DNA from: Octopus sinensis
Lineage: Eukaryota
NCBI RefSeq assembly: GCF_006345805.1
Contig: NW_021824047.1
Span: 1-22,396, forward strand
Direction: 5' to 3'
Length of the DNA stretch: 22,396 nucleotides
In this document: in pieces, positions 1 to 11,309 of the stretch
How the letters are laid out: the number at the start of each line of letters is the position of its first letter
How positions within the stretch are numbered: the stretch's first letter is position 1
The notes under the pieces: model-generated
What the model saw: the letters and a program-made list of their open reading frames with translations, nothing else
Databases searched by the model: none
What the model was told of the DNA's origin: nothing
Position numbers and translations under genes: made by a program

Positions 1-122
1 TTGGGTGAATTGAGCAAGCACTATATGAGAGAGGTTTTCTTTAAGTGTTAGAAATAGTTTTTTTAGCTGCTATTTCTAACGAGTTCAGTATGCGGCAAAG
101 TATTTATTTTACTAAGCCCTTT
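1..122 (+). mobile_element. Diverged fragment of the same family as 14792-15693
   Basis: GAGAG..TTTCTTTAAGT..TAGAAAT..GCTGCTATTTCTA..AGTTCAGTATG.GGCA..TTTATTTTACTAAGCCCT aligns to ~14910-15026; ends in (TA)n. Confidence 0.75.
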
Positions 123-147
123 TATATATATATATATATATATATAA

Positions 148-361
148 AGTTAATCCAAACATGAAAACACAAAGAGAAAACACAACAACGCGAGGACGTG
201 GAATAAGTATAGTGTTATTGGGCGGTCAGGAAAGGAATGAAAGAAGGAGGATTTAACATTTTGAGCGGAGCTCTTCGTCAGAAACATAGAAAAGGAAAGA
301 TCCAAGGGAGGGAAGACGGAGGAAAAAAATCGCCAACGATACACACGCGGTCACATTTTGA
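148..361 (-). mobile_element. Penelope-like relic with degenerate minimal hammerhead (252-284)
   Basis: Minus strand tttCTGACGAaGAGCtccGCTCaaaatgttaaa; GAAACG decayed to AAAATG at two CpGs; flanked by (TA)n. Confidence 0.55.
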
Positions 362-367
362 ATATAT

Positions 368-424
<57 letters not shown>

Positions 425-700
425 CATGAATAGATTACACGGTATGCACGCACGCACACATACACACACATATGCATATATGTAAATATGCACATATATA
501 CGTATATATGTACATACATACACACACAACACACACACACACAACACACACATATATATATATATATACATACATATATATAATATATATGCACACACAC
601 AACATACACACCCATGAATGTATAAACGCATGAATGCATGTGTGTATATGCACGTGCGTGAATATGCGTGCATGTATGCCTGTGGATCAGTGCGTGTCTA
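362..700. repeat. Compound (TA)n/(CA)n/(TG)n microsatellite
   Basis: Direct reading. Confidence 0.95.
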
Positions 701-1044
701 TAGACGTTCATTTTCGCACGCATGTCAGATATCGGGCTACAACAAATGTGGTTGTGTAATCAATCCAATTGAAATTTCAGCTGTAAGCTCTGTAAAATGT
801 TTGATAGCGATAAGTGAGGCAATATCTGAATACATATAGACAGGGATTTTATTCTTTAGAAAGGCGGAATTACAGTGCTGTCACGTTCATTCCATTCCTG
901 TGTGTATTACGTACCAGAAGAAGCCCAAGTCAAGGACCCGATATATTTTGCTAGAAGTACTAACCAAATCTCTTTCATGCTATTATACATAAACATATAC
1001 ATGAGTACACAACCCCACCCACAAGCACACGTATATATTTTCTA

Positions 1045-1225
1045 TCTTTTATTTGTTTCAGTCATTAAACGGCGGCCATGGTGGGGTAACCGCCTTGAAG
1101 AATTTTAGTCGAACGATTTCGAACCTAGTACTTATTCTATCGATGTCTTCTGCCGGACCGCTATATAAAAACACCAACTCCGGTGTCAAGCGATGGTGGG
1201 GAACAAACACAGACACGAAGATACA
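1045..1225 (-). mobile_element. 3' part of a second SINE-like repeat family
   Basis: TTTCAGTCATT..CGGCCATG.TGG..ACCGCCTTGAA is the reverse complement of fragments at ~2003-2045 and ~19804-19850; related pieces at ~12020-12100 and ~19110-19190; resembles abundant octopus repeats from memory. Confidence 0.55.
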
Positions 1226-1267
1226 CGCACACACACACACAACACACACACACACACACAACACACA

Positions 1268-1298
<31 letters not shown>

Positions 1299-1382
1299 TA
1301 CATACATACATATATATATATTATATATATATATATATATACATTTATATATATACATTTATATATATACATATATATATAT

Positions 1383-1431
<49 letters not shown>

Positions 1432-1486
1432 ATATATGTGTATGTATGTATCTATGTATGTATGAATGTATGTATATATATATATT
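1222..1486. repeat. (CA)n then (TA)n/(TATG)n microsatellite
   Basis: Direct reading. Confidence 0.95.
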
Positions 1487-1775
1487 ATTTTAGGTATGGT
1501 AGATGAGTTCAGCAAAAATTTCAAGTTTGGTCTTCCTATCGCTGATGACATCTCATATGGCTCCTAAGGCCATCATAGGATACACACATCATTCCGTACG
1601 GACCACAAGTGAGCAGCTCCTCCCACCACTACCATCAGTAATAGTAGAAGCCCGATATGCATACATATACACATTCATACATGCTTTGAAAATAGTGATA
1701 TATAAAATACTCCTTCATATAAATATTATCTAATATTAAAAATTTCATATTAATATATCAAGCAGTAACCATATC

Positions 1776-1857
1776 GGTAGCGTGGCCGAGCGGTCTAAGG
1801 CGCTGGTTTAAGGCACCAGTCTCTTCGGAGGCGTGGGTTCGAATCCCACCGCTGCCA
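1776..1857 (+). tRNA. tRNA-Leu-AAG: tRNA-Leu(AAG), intact
   Basis: 82-nt GGTAGCGTGGCCGAGCGG...CTGGT-TTAAGGC-ACCAG...GGTTCGAATCCCACCGCTGCCA; class II variable arm, A and B boxes, T-run terminator at ~1865-1872. Confidence 0.97.
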
Positions 1858-2401
1858 ATGTACATTTTTTTTGTTTTCTTTCAGTGTTCTTATTCCATGT
1901 TTACATTTTCTAATAAATATTATCTATGAATTATTACTTAATATTTATCAGATTGCTTCATTATCAATTACAACTATATGTGTTGTATACGCGATTTGTT
2001 TGATTCAAGGTGGTGTTCCAGCATGGCCGTAGTCAAATGAGTGAAATATGAACCCCCCCGCCACACACACACACAGTGGTAGAAGTGGAACGAGCAAACG
2101 GTTTGATAAAGAAGGAAGTAATCGGAAGGAGAGTATCCCTGGTATTGACTTTCGGATGAGATCATTCTACCCTTGCGGACGGAATAATGGGTTCAGCATG
2201 AAGTTTTTGGGGCCAGGGTGCATAATGACACAACTTCCCATCCACCCGCTCAACATACATGCATGCATATATGTATATACATACTCACAGGCTTTGAAAA
2301 TGGCGGCATATAAAACACTTCTTCATATAAATATTATCTTACCCAAACAACACGCACTGACATTATAATTTAATATTAATCTGTCAAACGGCAAACGTGT
2401 C

Positions 2402-2483
2402 GGTAGCGTGGCCGAGCGGTCTAAGGCGCTGGTTTAAGGCACCAGTCTCTTCGGAGGCGTGGGTTCGAATCCCACCGCTGCCA
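2402..2483 (+). tRNA. tRNA-Leu-AAG: tRNA-Leu(AAG), intact
   Basis: Identical to 1776-1857; T10 run at ~2496-2505. Confidence 0.97.
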
Positions 2484-2661
2484 TTTGATGCTTCCTTTTT
2501 TTTTTACCCTCTTATTTTGTACATTTCCATATTCGTATTCCGAGTTTATGTTAGGTATACTAAGTTATCATATACAGTTTACTATTGTAAAATGTGATTG
2601 TTAATTGTCCTAGAGAATCGGAAGTGACGACAGTGATATATTAAACTTGCATAAAGAACTC

Positions 2662-3212
2662 CATCTGTCATCGTACGCACGAAACACTTAAGACATTTAT
2701 CGGGCATTGGATATTGTCAGGAATGTATTTGATATCCCATGGGTAGGCTTCATATGTGGGTCTCGACAACTTCTACACTCATGAAGTTGTCGACCATGCG
2801 CTCAATTTTGTTGATTCAAACGATGACAGTATCCTTTCACAAATTCTACACGGGCGATGGATTCCCGCCAAGAAGAAACTCAGGCGACAATATGGGATTA
2901 GCGACGATTTATTTTAATCATAACTTCATAAGCATGTGTTGCGAAACAAATTTAGAAATCGTGGAAAACTGTTCACAAATCTCATTTCGTGCATCAGTGA
3001 CTGTTGCTTCCACGCAAATGTGATTATTTTCATCTTATATAAAATATATCAACAGTTTCCGTGTTACATCAAACATACGTACGGTCTATACATTCGTTAA
3101 GCCAGCGTCATCACTTCCGGCTTCTATCGTAATTCACATTAATTTTTCCGCAATTCTCCGCGACAATCTATATTCCCTTTTTCTTTTTGCGGCGACAAAA
3201 TGCATGTTAAAC
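2662..3212 (+). mobile_element. Merlin (IS1595/ISXO2-like) DNA transposon, 3' remnant
   Basis: Paralog of 13038-14484; putative right terminus GGCGACAAAATGCATGTTAA(A/C)C. Confidence 0.75.
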
Positions 3213-3461
3213 TGTATACATACATGCATACATACATACATACATACATACATACATACATACATACATACATACGTACGTGCGTACGTACGCACGCACG
3301 CACGCACGCACGCATGCACGTAAGTACGCATGCACGTACGTACGCATGCACGTATGTGTATAACCGAACCCTCTCGAATTTATTGAATATTTGCTGTAAC
3401 CTTGTGTAATAAAAAATTCTGTTCCATTTATGTGTTACCTTTAACAATAATTAGGGTTCGG

Positions 3462-3770
3462 TTTCTCTTGGGCCGGAAAGTTTCTTGTCGAAGATACGTC
3501 TCGCTTTTATCCTTCGAAACGTAGAGTAGATGAAACCGTAGCGACTGAGGAAGGGTTTTTTTTTCTTTGTGTTAATTGTGCTGTACTCTATTTTTTTGTT
3601 GTTTTAAAAAAAATGTCCAGTTCCTCTGGTTTGTGTCTATGTTTTCGTTTCTCATTGTGTTCGACGTCCCTTTGGTGTCCTGTACTCATATATGCGTGTA
3701 TATGTACATGTAGAGGTAGGTACGTACATATATGTTTATATATATGCATATGTTTTATTTCATTTATTAA
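3462..3770 (+). mobile_element. Probable Penelope-like relic with strongly degenerate hammerhead (3482-3526)
   Basis: ttc-TTGTCGA-AGATA...TATCCTTC-GAAAC-GTA-gag; duplicated at 5785-6092. Confidence 0.4.
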
Positions 3771-3834
3771 TATATATATGAATATATACATACATATATA
3801 TACATATATGGAAATGTAAAAAAAAAATACAAAT

Positions 3835-3916
3835 TGGCAGCGGTGGGATTCGAACCCACGCCTCCGATGAGACTGGTGCCTTAAACCAGCGCCTTAGACC
3901 GCTCGGCCACGCTACC
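3835..3916 (-). tRNA. tRNA-Leu-AAG: tRNA-Leu(AAG), one variable-loop substitution
   Basis: Reverse complement of consensus; variable arm reads CTCATCGGAG instead of CTCTTCGGAG; poly-T terminator is the A-run at 3818-3827. Confidence 0.93.
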
Positions 3917-3994
3917 GATATGGTGAAGAGCTGATATATTTATAAGAAATTATGTCAATAATGTCAGAGCATGTTGGTTTTGTAAGATAATATT

Positions 3995-4251
<257 letters not shown>

Positions 4252-4595
4252 CGACGGGCTTCTTTCAGTTTCCGTCTACCAAATCCACTCACAAGGCTGT
4301 GATGACCTCTCTGTCCTACTGTGTGTGTGTGCGTGTGTGAGTGTAGGCATATGTTTACATAATACATACATACATACATACACATACACAGATTCATAGA
4401 TAGATAGAGCGAGAAAGAGCGAGTGAGAGAGAGGGGAGTGTGAATGAGAGAGAGAGAGAGAGAGTGTGCATACAGATACACAAAATATCGAAGTATAAGA
4501 CTGTCAAACTGACACACATAAATACTCTAACTTCCTATGAGATTACACAATAGCGTGATAATTTCATTGTAATATATGGACTGTCGAACTGTTCT

Positions 4596-4677
4596 GGTAG
4601 CGTGGCCGAGTGGTCTAAGGCGCTGGTTTTAGGCACCAGTCTCTTCGGAGGCGTGGGTTCGAATCCCACCGCTGCCA
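4596..4677 (+). tRNA. tRNA-Leu-TAG: tRNA-Leu(TAG), intact
   Basis: Anticodon arm CTGGT-TTTAGGC-ACCAG; D-loop GAGTGG; TTTT at 4686-4689. Confidence 0.97.
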
Positions 4678-4758
4678 CATGTTAGTTTTGGCAACATTTC
4701 ATTGATCAGATTTAGATTCGATAACTACATTATGTTGATAAATATATACATGTAAAGT

Positions 4759-5070
4759 ATTCTTTTCTACTCTAGGCACAAGACCTGAGAGTTTTGGGGA
4801 CGGGGCCAGTCATTGGATCGGCCCCTGTACGCAACTGGTACTTGATTTATCGACCCAAAAGGATGAAAGCAAAGTTGACCTCGGCGGAATTTGAACTCAA
4901 GTATCAAGTCAGACGAAATACCTATTTCTTTACTACCCACAAGGGGCTAAACACAGAGGAGACAAACAGGACAGACAAACGGATTAAGTCGATTATATCG
5001 ACCCCAGTGCGTAACTGGTACTTATTTAATCGAGCCCGACGGAATTTGAACTCAGAACGTAACGGTAGAC
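4759..5070 (-). mobile_element. Composite tRNA-derived SINE, head lost
   Basis: B-box-like GAGTTCAAATTCC and core CTTTCATCCTTT.GGGTCGATAAA..AGTACCAG on the minus strand. Confidence 0.8.
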
Positions 5071-5071
5071 C

Positions 5072-5535
5072 CATATGTCTGTGGGTCTAGACAAGTTCTA
5101 CACTCATGAAGTTGTCGACCATGCGCTCAATTTTGTTGATTCAAACGATGACAGTATCCTTTCACAAATTCTACACGGGCGATGGATTCCCGCCATGAAG
5201 AAACTCAGGCGACAATATGGGATTAGCGACGATTTATTTTAATCATATCTTCATAAGCATGTGTTGCGAAACAAATTTAGAAATCGTGGAAAACTGTTCA
5301 CAAATCTCATTTCGTGCATCAGTGACTGTTGCTTCCACGCAAATGCGATTGTTTTCATCTTATATAAAATATATCAAGTGTTCATGTTATATTTAACATA
5401 CGTACGTTCTATACATTCGTTAAGCCAGCGTCATCACTTCCGGCTTCTATCGTAATTCACGTTAATTTTTCAGCAATTTTTCGCAACAATTTATATTCCC
5501 TTTTTCTTTTTGCGGCGACAAAATGCATGATAACC
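5072..5535 (+). mobile_element. Merlin transposon remnant, truncated by duplication junction
   Basis: Paralog of the other copies; fused to the SINE at 5070/5072. Confidence 0.75.
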
Positions 5536-5784
5536 TGTATACATACATGCATACATACATACATACATACATACATACATACATACATACATACATACGT
5601 ACGTGCGTACGTACGCACGCACGCACGCACGCACGCATGCACGTAAGTACGCATGCACGTACGTACGCATGCACGTATGTGTATAACCGAACCCTCTCGA
5701 ATTTATTGAATATTTGCTGTAACCTTGTGTAATAAAAAATTCTGTTCCATTTATGTGTTACCTTTAACAATAATTAGGGTTCGG

Positions 5785-6092
5785 TTTCTCTTGGGCCGGA
5801 AAGTTTCTTGTCGAAGATACGTCTCGCTTTTATCCTTCGAAACGTAGAGTAGATGAAACCGTAGCGACTGAGGAAGGGTTTTTTTTCTTTGTGTTAATTG
5901 TGCTGTACTCTATTTTTTTGTTGTTTTAAAAAAAATGTCCAGTTCCTCTGGTTTGTGTCTATGTTTTCGTTTCTCATTGTGTTCGACGTCCCTTTGGTGT
6001 CCTGTACTCATATATGCGTGTATATGTACATGTAGAGGTAGGTACGTACATATATGTTTATATATATGCATATGTTTTATTTCATTTATTAA
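5785..6092 (+). mobile_element. Second copy of the 3462-3770 relic
   Basis: Near-identical to 3462-3770. Confidence 0.4.
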
Positions 6093-6156
6093 TATATATA
6101 TGAATATATACATACATATATATACATATATGGAAATGTAAAAAAAAAATACAAAT

Positions 6157-6226
6157 TGGAAGCGGTGGGATTCGAACCCACGCCTCCAAAGAGACTGGTG
6201 GCCTTAAACCGCTCGGCCACGCTACC
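6157..6226 (-). pseudogene. tRNA-Leu(AAG) pseudogene with 13-nt internal deletion
   Basis: 70 nt; D-arm 3' side and anticodon-stem 5' side deleted, 1-nt insertion, acceptor-stem and variable-arm substitutions. Confidence 0.92.
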
Positions 6227-6304
6227 GATATGGTGAAGAGCTGATATATTTATAAGAAATTATGTCAATAATGTCAGAGCATGTTGGTTTTGTAAGATAA
6301 TATT

Positions 6305-6594
<290 letters not shown>

Positions 6595-6939
6595 CGACGG
6601 GCTTCTTTCAGTTTCCGTCTACCAAATCCACTCACAAGGCTGTGAGGACTTCTCTGTCCTACTGTGTGTGTGTGCGTGTGTGAGTGTAGGCATGTGTTTA
6701 CATAATACATACATACATACATACATACATACACATACACAGATTCATAGAAAGATAGAGAGAGAAAGAGCGAGTGAGAGAGAGGGGGAGGGTGAATGAG
6801 AGAGAGGGAGTGTGCATACAGATACACAAAATATCGAAGTATAAGACTGTCAAACTGACACACATAAATACTCTAACTTCCTGAGATTACACAATAGCGT
6901 GATAATTTCATTGTAATATATGGACTGTCGAAGTGTTCT

Positions 6940-7021
6940 GGTAGCGTGGCCGAGTGGTCTAAGGCGCTGGTTTTAGGCACCAGTCTCTTCGGAGGCGTGG
7001 GTTCGAATCCCACCGCTGCCA
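6940..7021 (+). tRNA. tRNA-Leu-TAG: tRNA-Leu(TAG), intact
   Basis: Identical to 4596-4677. Confidence 0.97.
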
Positions 7022-7102
7022 CATGTTAGTTTTGGCAACATTTCATTGATCAGATTTAGATTCGATAACTACATTATGTTGATAAATATATACATGTAAA
7101 GT

Positions 7103-7416
7103 ATTCTTTTCTACTCTAGGCACAAGACCTGAGAGTTTTGGGGACGGGGCCAGTCATTGGATCGGCCCCTGTACGCAACTGGTACTTGATTTATCGACCC
7201 AAAAGGATGAAAGCAAAGTTGACCTCGGCGGAATTTGAACTCAAAGTATCAAGTCAGACGAAATACCTATTTCTTTACTACCCACAAGGGGCTAAACACA
7301 GAGGAGACAAACAAGGACAGACAAACGGATTAAGTCGATTATATCGACCCCAGTGCGTAACTGGTACTTATTTAATCGAGCCCGACGGAATTTGAACTCA
7401 GAACGTAACGGTAGAC
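7103..7416 (-). mobile_element. Composite tRNA-derived SINE, head lost
   Basis: Near-identical to 4759-5070. Confidence 0.8.
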
Positions 7417-7417
7417 C

Positions 7418-7880
7418 CATATGTCTGTGGGTCTAGACAAGTTCTACACTCATGAAGTTGTCGACCATGCGCTCAATTTTGTTGATTCAAACGATGACAG
7501 TATCCTTTCACAAATTCTACACGGGCGATGGATTCCCGCCATGAAGAAACTCAGGCGACGATATGGGATTAGCGACGATTCATTTAAATCATATCTTCAT
7601 AAGCATGTGTTGCGAAACAAATTTAGAAATCGTGGAAAACTGTTCACAAATCTCATTTCGTGTAACAGTGACTGTTGCTGCCACGTAAATGCGATTGTTT
7701 TCATCTTATATAAAATAAATCAAGTGTTCATATATTTAACATACGTACCTTCTATACATTCGTTAAGCCAGCGTCATCACTTCCGGCTTCTATCGTAATT
7801 CACATTAATTTTTCAGCAATTTTTCGCGACAATTTATATTCCCCCCCTTTTTTTTTGCGGCGACAAAATGCATGTTAACC
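7418..7880 (+). mobile_element. Merlin transposon remnant
   Basis: ORF 7421-7798: YTHEVVDHALNFVD...KKLRRRYG...FKSYLH..VLRNKF, ISXO2-like C-terminus. Confidence 0.78.
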
Positions 7881-8131
7881 TGTATACATACATACATACA
7901 TACATACATACATACATACATACGTAATTACGCACGCACGAACGCACGCACGCACGCACGCATGCACGTACGTACGCATGTAAGTATGTGTATAACCGAA
8001 CCCTATCGAATTTATTAAATATTTGCTGTAACCTTGTGTAATAAAAAATTCTGTTCCATTTACGTGTTACCTTTAACAATAATTAGGGTTCGGTTACTCT
8101 TGGGCCACCGATCATATATATGTATACATAC

Positions 8132-8164
<33 letters not shown>

Positions 8165-8202
8165 ATATATATATATATGGAAATGTAAAAAAAAATTCAA
8201 AT

Positions 8203-8284
8203 TGGCAGCGGTGGGATTCGAACCCACGCCTCCGAAGAGACTGGTGCCTTAAACCAGCGCCTTAGACCGCTCGGCCACGCTACC
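8203..8284 (-). tRNA. tRNA-Leu-AAG: tRNA-Leu(AAG), intact
   Basis: Exact reverse complement of 1776-1857. Confidence 0.97.
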
Positions 8285-8383
8285 GATATGTCGTAGCTAT
8301 GATATATTTATATGAAATTATGTCAATAATGTCAGAGCATGTTGGTTTTGTTTATATAGATATATATATGAATATATATATAT

Positions 8384-8448
8384 ACAGCCTCTCGTCGATA
8401 GCGCCAATGTAGGTAAGGGAAGTCGGCAAAATGGATCCGTACCTTCGG
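8384..8448 (+). rRNA. 28S (LSU) rRNA fragment, non-functional insertion
   Basis: ACAGCCTCT..TCGATAG..CAATGTAGGTAAGGGAAGTCGGCAAAATGGATCCGTACCTTCGG matches the conserved LSU motif GTAGGTAAGGGAAGTCGGCAA...GATCCGTAACTTCGG. Confidence 0.85.
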
Positions 8449-8461
8449 ATATATATATATA

Positions 8462-8719
8462 TGTAGGTCCCGGGTTGAGTCGTGGTTAACCACAGTAAAT
8501 AAGGTACTCAATACATGGCAGAGTAAATTAATTTATTTTATAGAAGGAGCTTCTACAGGACTAGAACTGTTTCATTCGAATGAAATGATCAGGAAGCTTG
8601 GCGTCAAGAATAGTTTTGGCATATATACATTTAGGCAGATTTGATGGGGTGGTGGTGGGGGACTTTTTTTGGGGTAGGCAGGGCACAAACTGTCTTTCTT
8701 AGGGGAGTGGTCTAAAAAA
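8462..8719 (-). mobile_element. Penelope-like relic with near-intact hammerhead (8548-8598)
   Basis: Minus strand AGCTTC-CTGATCA-tttcattcgaat-GAAACAG-ttctagtc-CTGTA-GAAGCT; absent from the paralogous (TA)n tracts. Confidence 0.65.
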
Positions 8720-8848
8720 TATTCATATATATATATACGTCGGGCTTCTTTCAGTTTCCGTCTACCAAATTCACTCACAGGGCTGTGAGGACCTCTCTGT
8801 CCTACTGTGTGTGTGTACGTCTGAGAGTGTAGGCATGTGTTTACATAA

Positions 8849-8882
<34 letters not shown>

Positions 8883-9098
8883 CAGATGCATAAAAAGATA
8901 GATAGATAGAAAGGGCGAGAAAGAGCGAGTAAGAGAGAGGGGGAGGGTGAATGAGAGAGAGAGGGAGTGTGCATACAGATACACAAAATATCGAAGTATA
9001 AGACTGTCAAACTGTCACACATAAATACTTTATCTTCCTATGAGATTACACAATAGCGTGATAATTTCATAGTAATATATGGACTACCGAAGTGTTCT

Positions 9099-9180
9099 GG
9101 TAGCGTGGCCGAGTGGTCTAAGGCGCTGGTTTTAGGCACCAGTCTCTTCGGAGGCGTGGGTTCGAATCCCACCGCTGCCA
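9099..9180 (+). tRNA. tRNA-Leu-TAG: tRNA-Leu(TAG), intact
   Basis: Identical to 4596-4677. Confidence 0.97.
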
Positions 9181-9261
9181 CATGTTAGTTTTGGCAAAAT
9201 TTCAATGATCAGATTTAGATTCGATAACTAAATTATTTTGATAAATATATACATGTAAAGT

Positions 9262-9780
9262 ATTCTTTTCTACTCTAGGCACAAGACCTGAATGTTTTGG
9301 GGACGTGGTCAGTCATTGGATCGACCCCTGTACGCAACTGGTACTTGATTTATCGACCCCAAAAGGATGAAAGCAAAGTTGACCTCGGCGGAATTTGAAC
9401 TCAAATTATCAAGTCAGACGAAATACCTATTTCTTTACTACCCACAAGGGTCTAAACACAGAGGAGACAAACAAGGACAGACAAACGGATTAAGTCGATT
9501 AGATCGACCCAGTGCGTAACTGGTACTTATTTAATCGAGCCCGGCGGAATTTGAACTCAGAACGTAACGGTAGACGAAATACCTATTTCTTTACTACCCA
9601 CAAGGGACTAAACACAGAGAGGATAAACAAGGACAGACAAACGGATTAAGTCGATTACATCGACTCCAGGATGAACGGCAAAGTCAACCTCGGCGGAATT
9701 TGAACTCAGAACGTAGCGGTAGACGAAATACCGCTAAGCATTTGTCCGGCGTGCTAACGATTCTGCCAGCTCGCCGCCTT
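9262..9780 (-). mobile_element. Composite tRNA-derived SINE, 3 subunits
   Basis: Head GGCGGCGAGCTGGCAGAATCGTTAGCACGCCGG... with A and B boxes. Confidence 0.85.
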
Positions 9781-9874
9781 ATACATATAGAACATTGATA
9801 TATAAAACATCGTTTTTCCCACAAGAAATACATACTCATGATGACTATATTGTAACGCAGCATTTCATGTTATC

Positions 9875-9956
9875 GGTAGCGTGGCCGAGCGGTCTAAGGC
9901 GCTGGTTTAAGGCACCAGTCTCTTCGGAGGCGTGGGTTCGAATCCCACCGCTGCCA
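9875..9956 (+). tRNA. tRNA-Leu-AAG: tRNA-Leu(AAG), intact
   Basis: Identical to 1776-1857; T-runs follow within ~12 nt. Confidence 0.97.
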
Positions 9957-10056
9957 ATATGCATTCCTTTTGTTTTGTTTCAACGTCTAACTGTAACTCG
10001 TTTTTTGTATTCTCTCTCCATTTTCTTTTCTGTCCTCGTCCATTCTTTGTCTAGAA

Positions 10057-10246
10057 CGGTGCTCTGCAACGGGTTTGTCGCGACACACTGGTGTGTCACG
10101 AGACGATGCTTGGTGTGCCGCAGTGTAACCTGAATATAATTTTATCCCCTATATTTTTAGTTATATTGTTTGTACAGGTGTATTCCGAATTTTGGAAAGA
10201 ATGTAAACGTACCGCAAGTGAAAAAAAAAAGGTTGTGGACCACTTA
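10057..10246. mobile_element. hAT (Charlie/Buster-like) MITE
   Basis: Imperfect TIRs C(A/G)GTGCTCTGCAAC / GTTGTGGACCACTT; 8-bp TSD-like GTCTAGAA / CTCTAGAA matching the NTCTAGAN preference; internal CGACACACTGGTGTGTC hairpin. Confidence 0.7.
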
Positions 10247-10656
10247 CTCTAGAAGAACGTATGCTCGAAGCATAAAAAGCTTTTCCTTCTATTTTCTTGA
10301 GCGTTTGTTTGTTTGCTTTTTTTTCCAATCTCGTTTTCGTGATACCTTTAATTTTTGGTCCATATATTTGTGGGTGTGTCTGTGTGTGCGTGTGTACGCG
10401 ATCGGGCGGCACCTTGTGCTAATGTTTTCTATAGCTTCGGTTAGAAAAATTTAGAAGATAGCCACTGTGTCGAAGCCCGTTTTATATAAGTATATATGAG
10501 AGGGGGTGGGATGAGAGAGAGAGAGAGTGCATATAGATACACAAAATATCGAAGTATAAGACTGTCAAACTGTCACACATAAATACTCTAACTTCCTATG
10601 AGATTACACAATAGCGTGATAATTTCATAGTAATATATGGACTGCCGAACTGTTCT

Positions 10657-10738
10657 GGTAGCGTGGCCGAGTGGTCTAAGGCGCTGGTTTTAGGCACCAG
10701 TCTCTTCGGAGGCGTGGGTTCGAATCCCACCGCTGCCA
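10657..10738 (+). tRNA. tRNA-Leu-TAG: tRNA-Leu(TAG), intact
   Basis: Identical to 4596-4677. Confidence 0.97.
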
Positions 10739-10818
10739 CATATTAGTTTTGGCAACATTTCATTGATCAGATTTAGATTCGATAACTACATTATTTCATA
10801 AATATATACATGTAAAGT

Positions 10819-11215
10819 ATTCTTTTCTACTCTAGGCACAAGGCCTGAAAGTTTTGGGGACGGGGCCAGTCATTGGATCGGCCACTGTACGCAACTGGTA
10901 CTTGATTTATCGACCCCAAAAGGATGAAAGCAAAGTTGACCTCGGCGGAATTTGAACTCAAATTATCAAGTCAGACGAAATACCTATTTCTTTACTACCC
11001 ACAAGGGTAGTAAACAGAAGGAGCAAACAAGGACAGACAAACGGATTAAGTCGATTGATCGACCCCAGTGCGTAACTGGTACTTAATTTATCGACCCCGA
11101 AAGGATGAAAGACAAAGTCGACCTCGGCGGAATTTGAACTCAGAACGTAGCGGCAAACGAAATACCGCTAAGCATTTCGTCCAGCGTGTTATCGTTTCTG
11201 CCAGCTCGCTGCCTT
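10819..11215 (-). mobile_element. Composite tRNA-derived SINE, 2 subunits, with TSD
   Basis: TATACATGTAAA at 10805-10816 and 11215-11226. Confidence 0.85.
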
Positions 11216-11309
11216 ATACATGTAAAATATTGATACATAAAAAATCGTTTTTCCCACAGGAGATGCATACTCATGGTGACTATATTGTAATGTAACCCTG
11301 CAGCTCGTC

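Noticed and set aside
700-960. Unique-looking segment, possibly a transposon end on the minus strand
   Set aside because: No termini, TSD or second copy in the window, so it cannot be classified without a database search
237-1551. Many ORFs rich in YI/HT/CV repeats (also ~4012-4517, 6359-6863, 14411-14752)
   Set aside because: These are translations of (TA)n, (CA)n and (CGCA)n microsatellites, which lack stop codons in some frames
1542-1600. CTGATGA as another hammerhead core or a C/D box
   Set aside because: No downstream GAAA or supporting stems
2048-2368. 106-115-aa ORF conserved with 19811-20158
   Set aside because: The conservation is explained by recent segmental duplication; no recognisable domain, and the ends run through repeat fragments and the tRNA leader
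2397-2597. Recurrent peptide VAWPSGLRRWFKAPVSSEAWVRIPPLP
   Set aside because: It is simply the translation of the tRNA-Leu gene
4596-4677. Possible amber suppressor or Leu-TAA reading of the anticodon loops; genomically encoded CCA
   Set aside because: The 7-nt loops TTTAGGC and TTAAGGC place TAG and AAG at 34-36, which read CUA and CUU. The terminal CCA is C71-C72-A73, not an encoded CCA tail.
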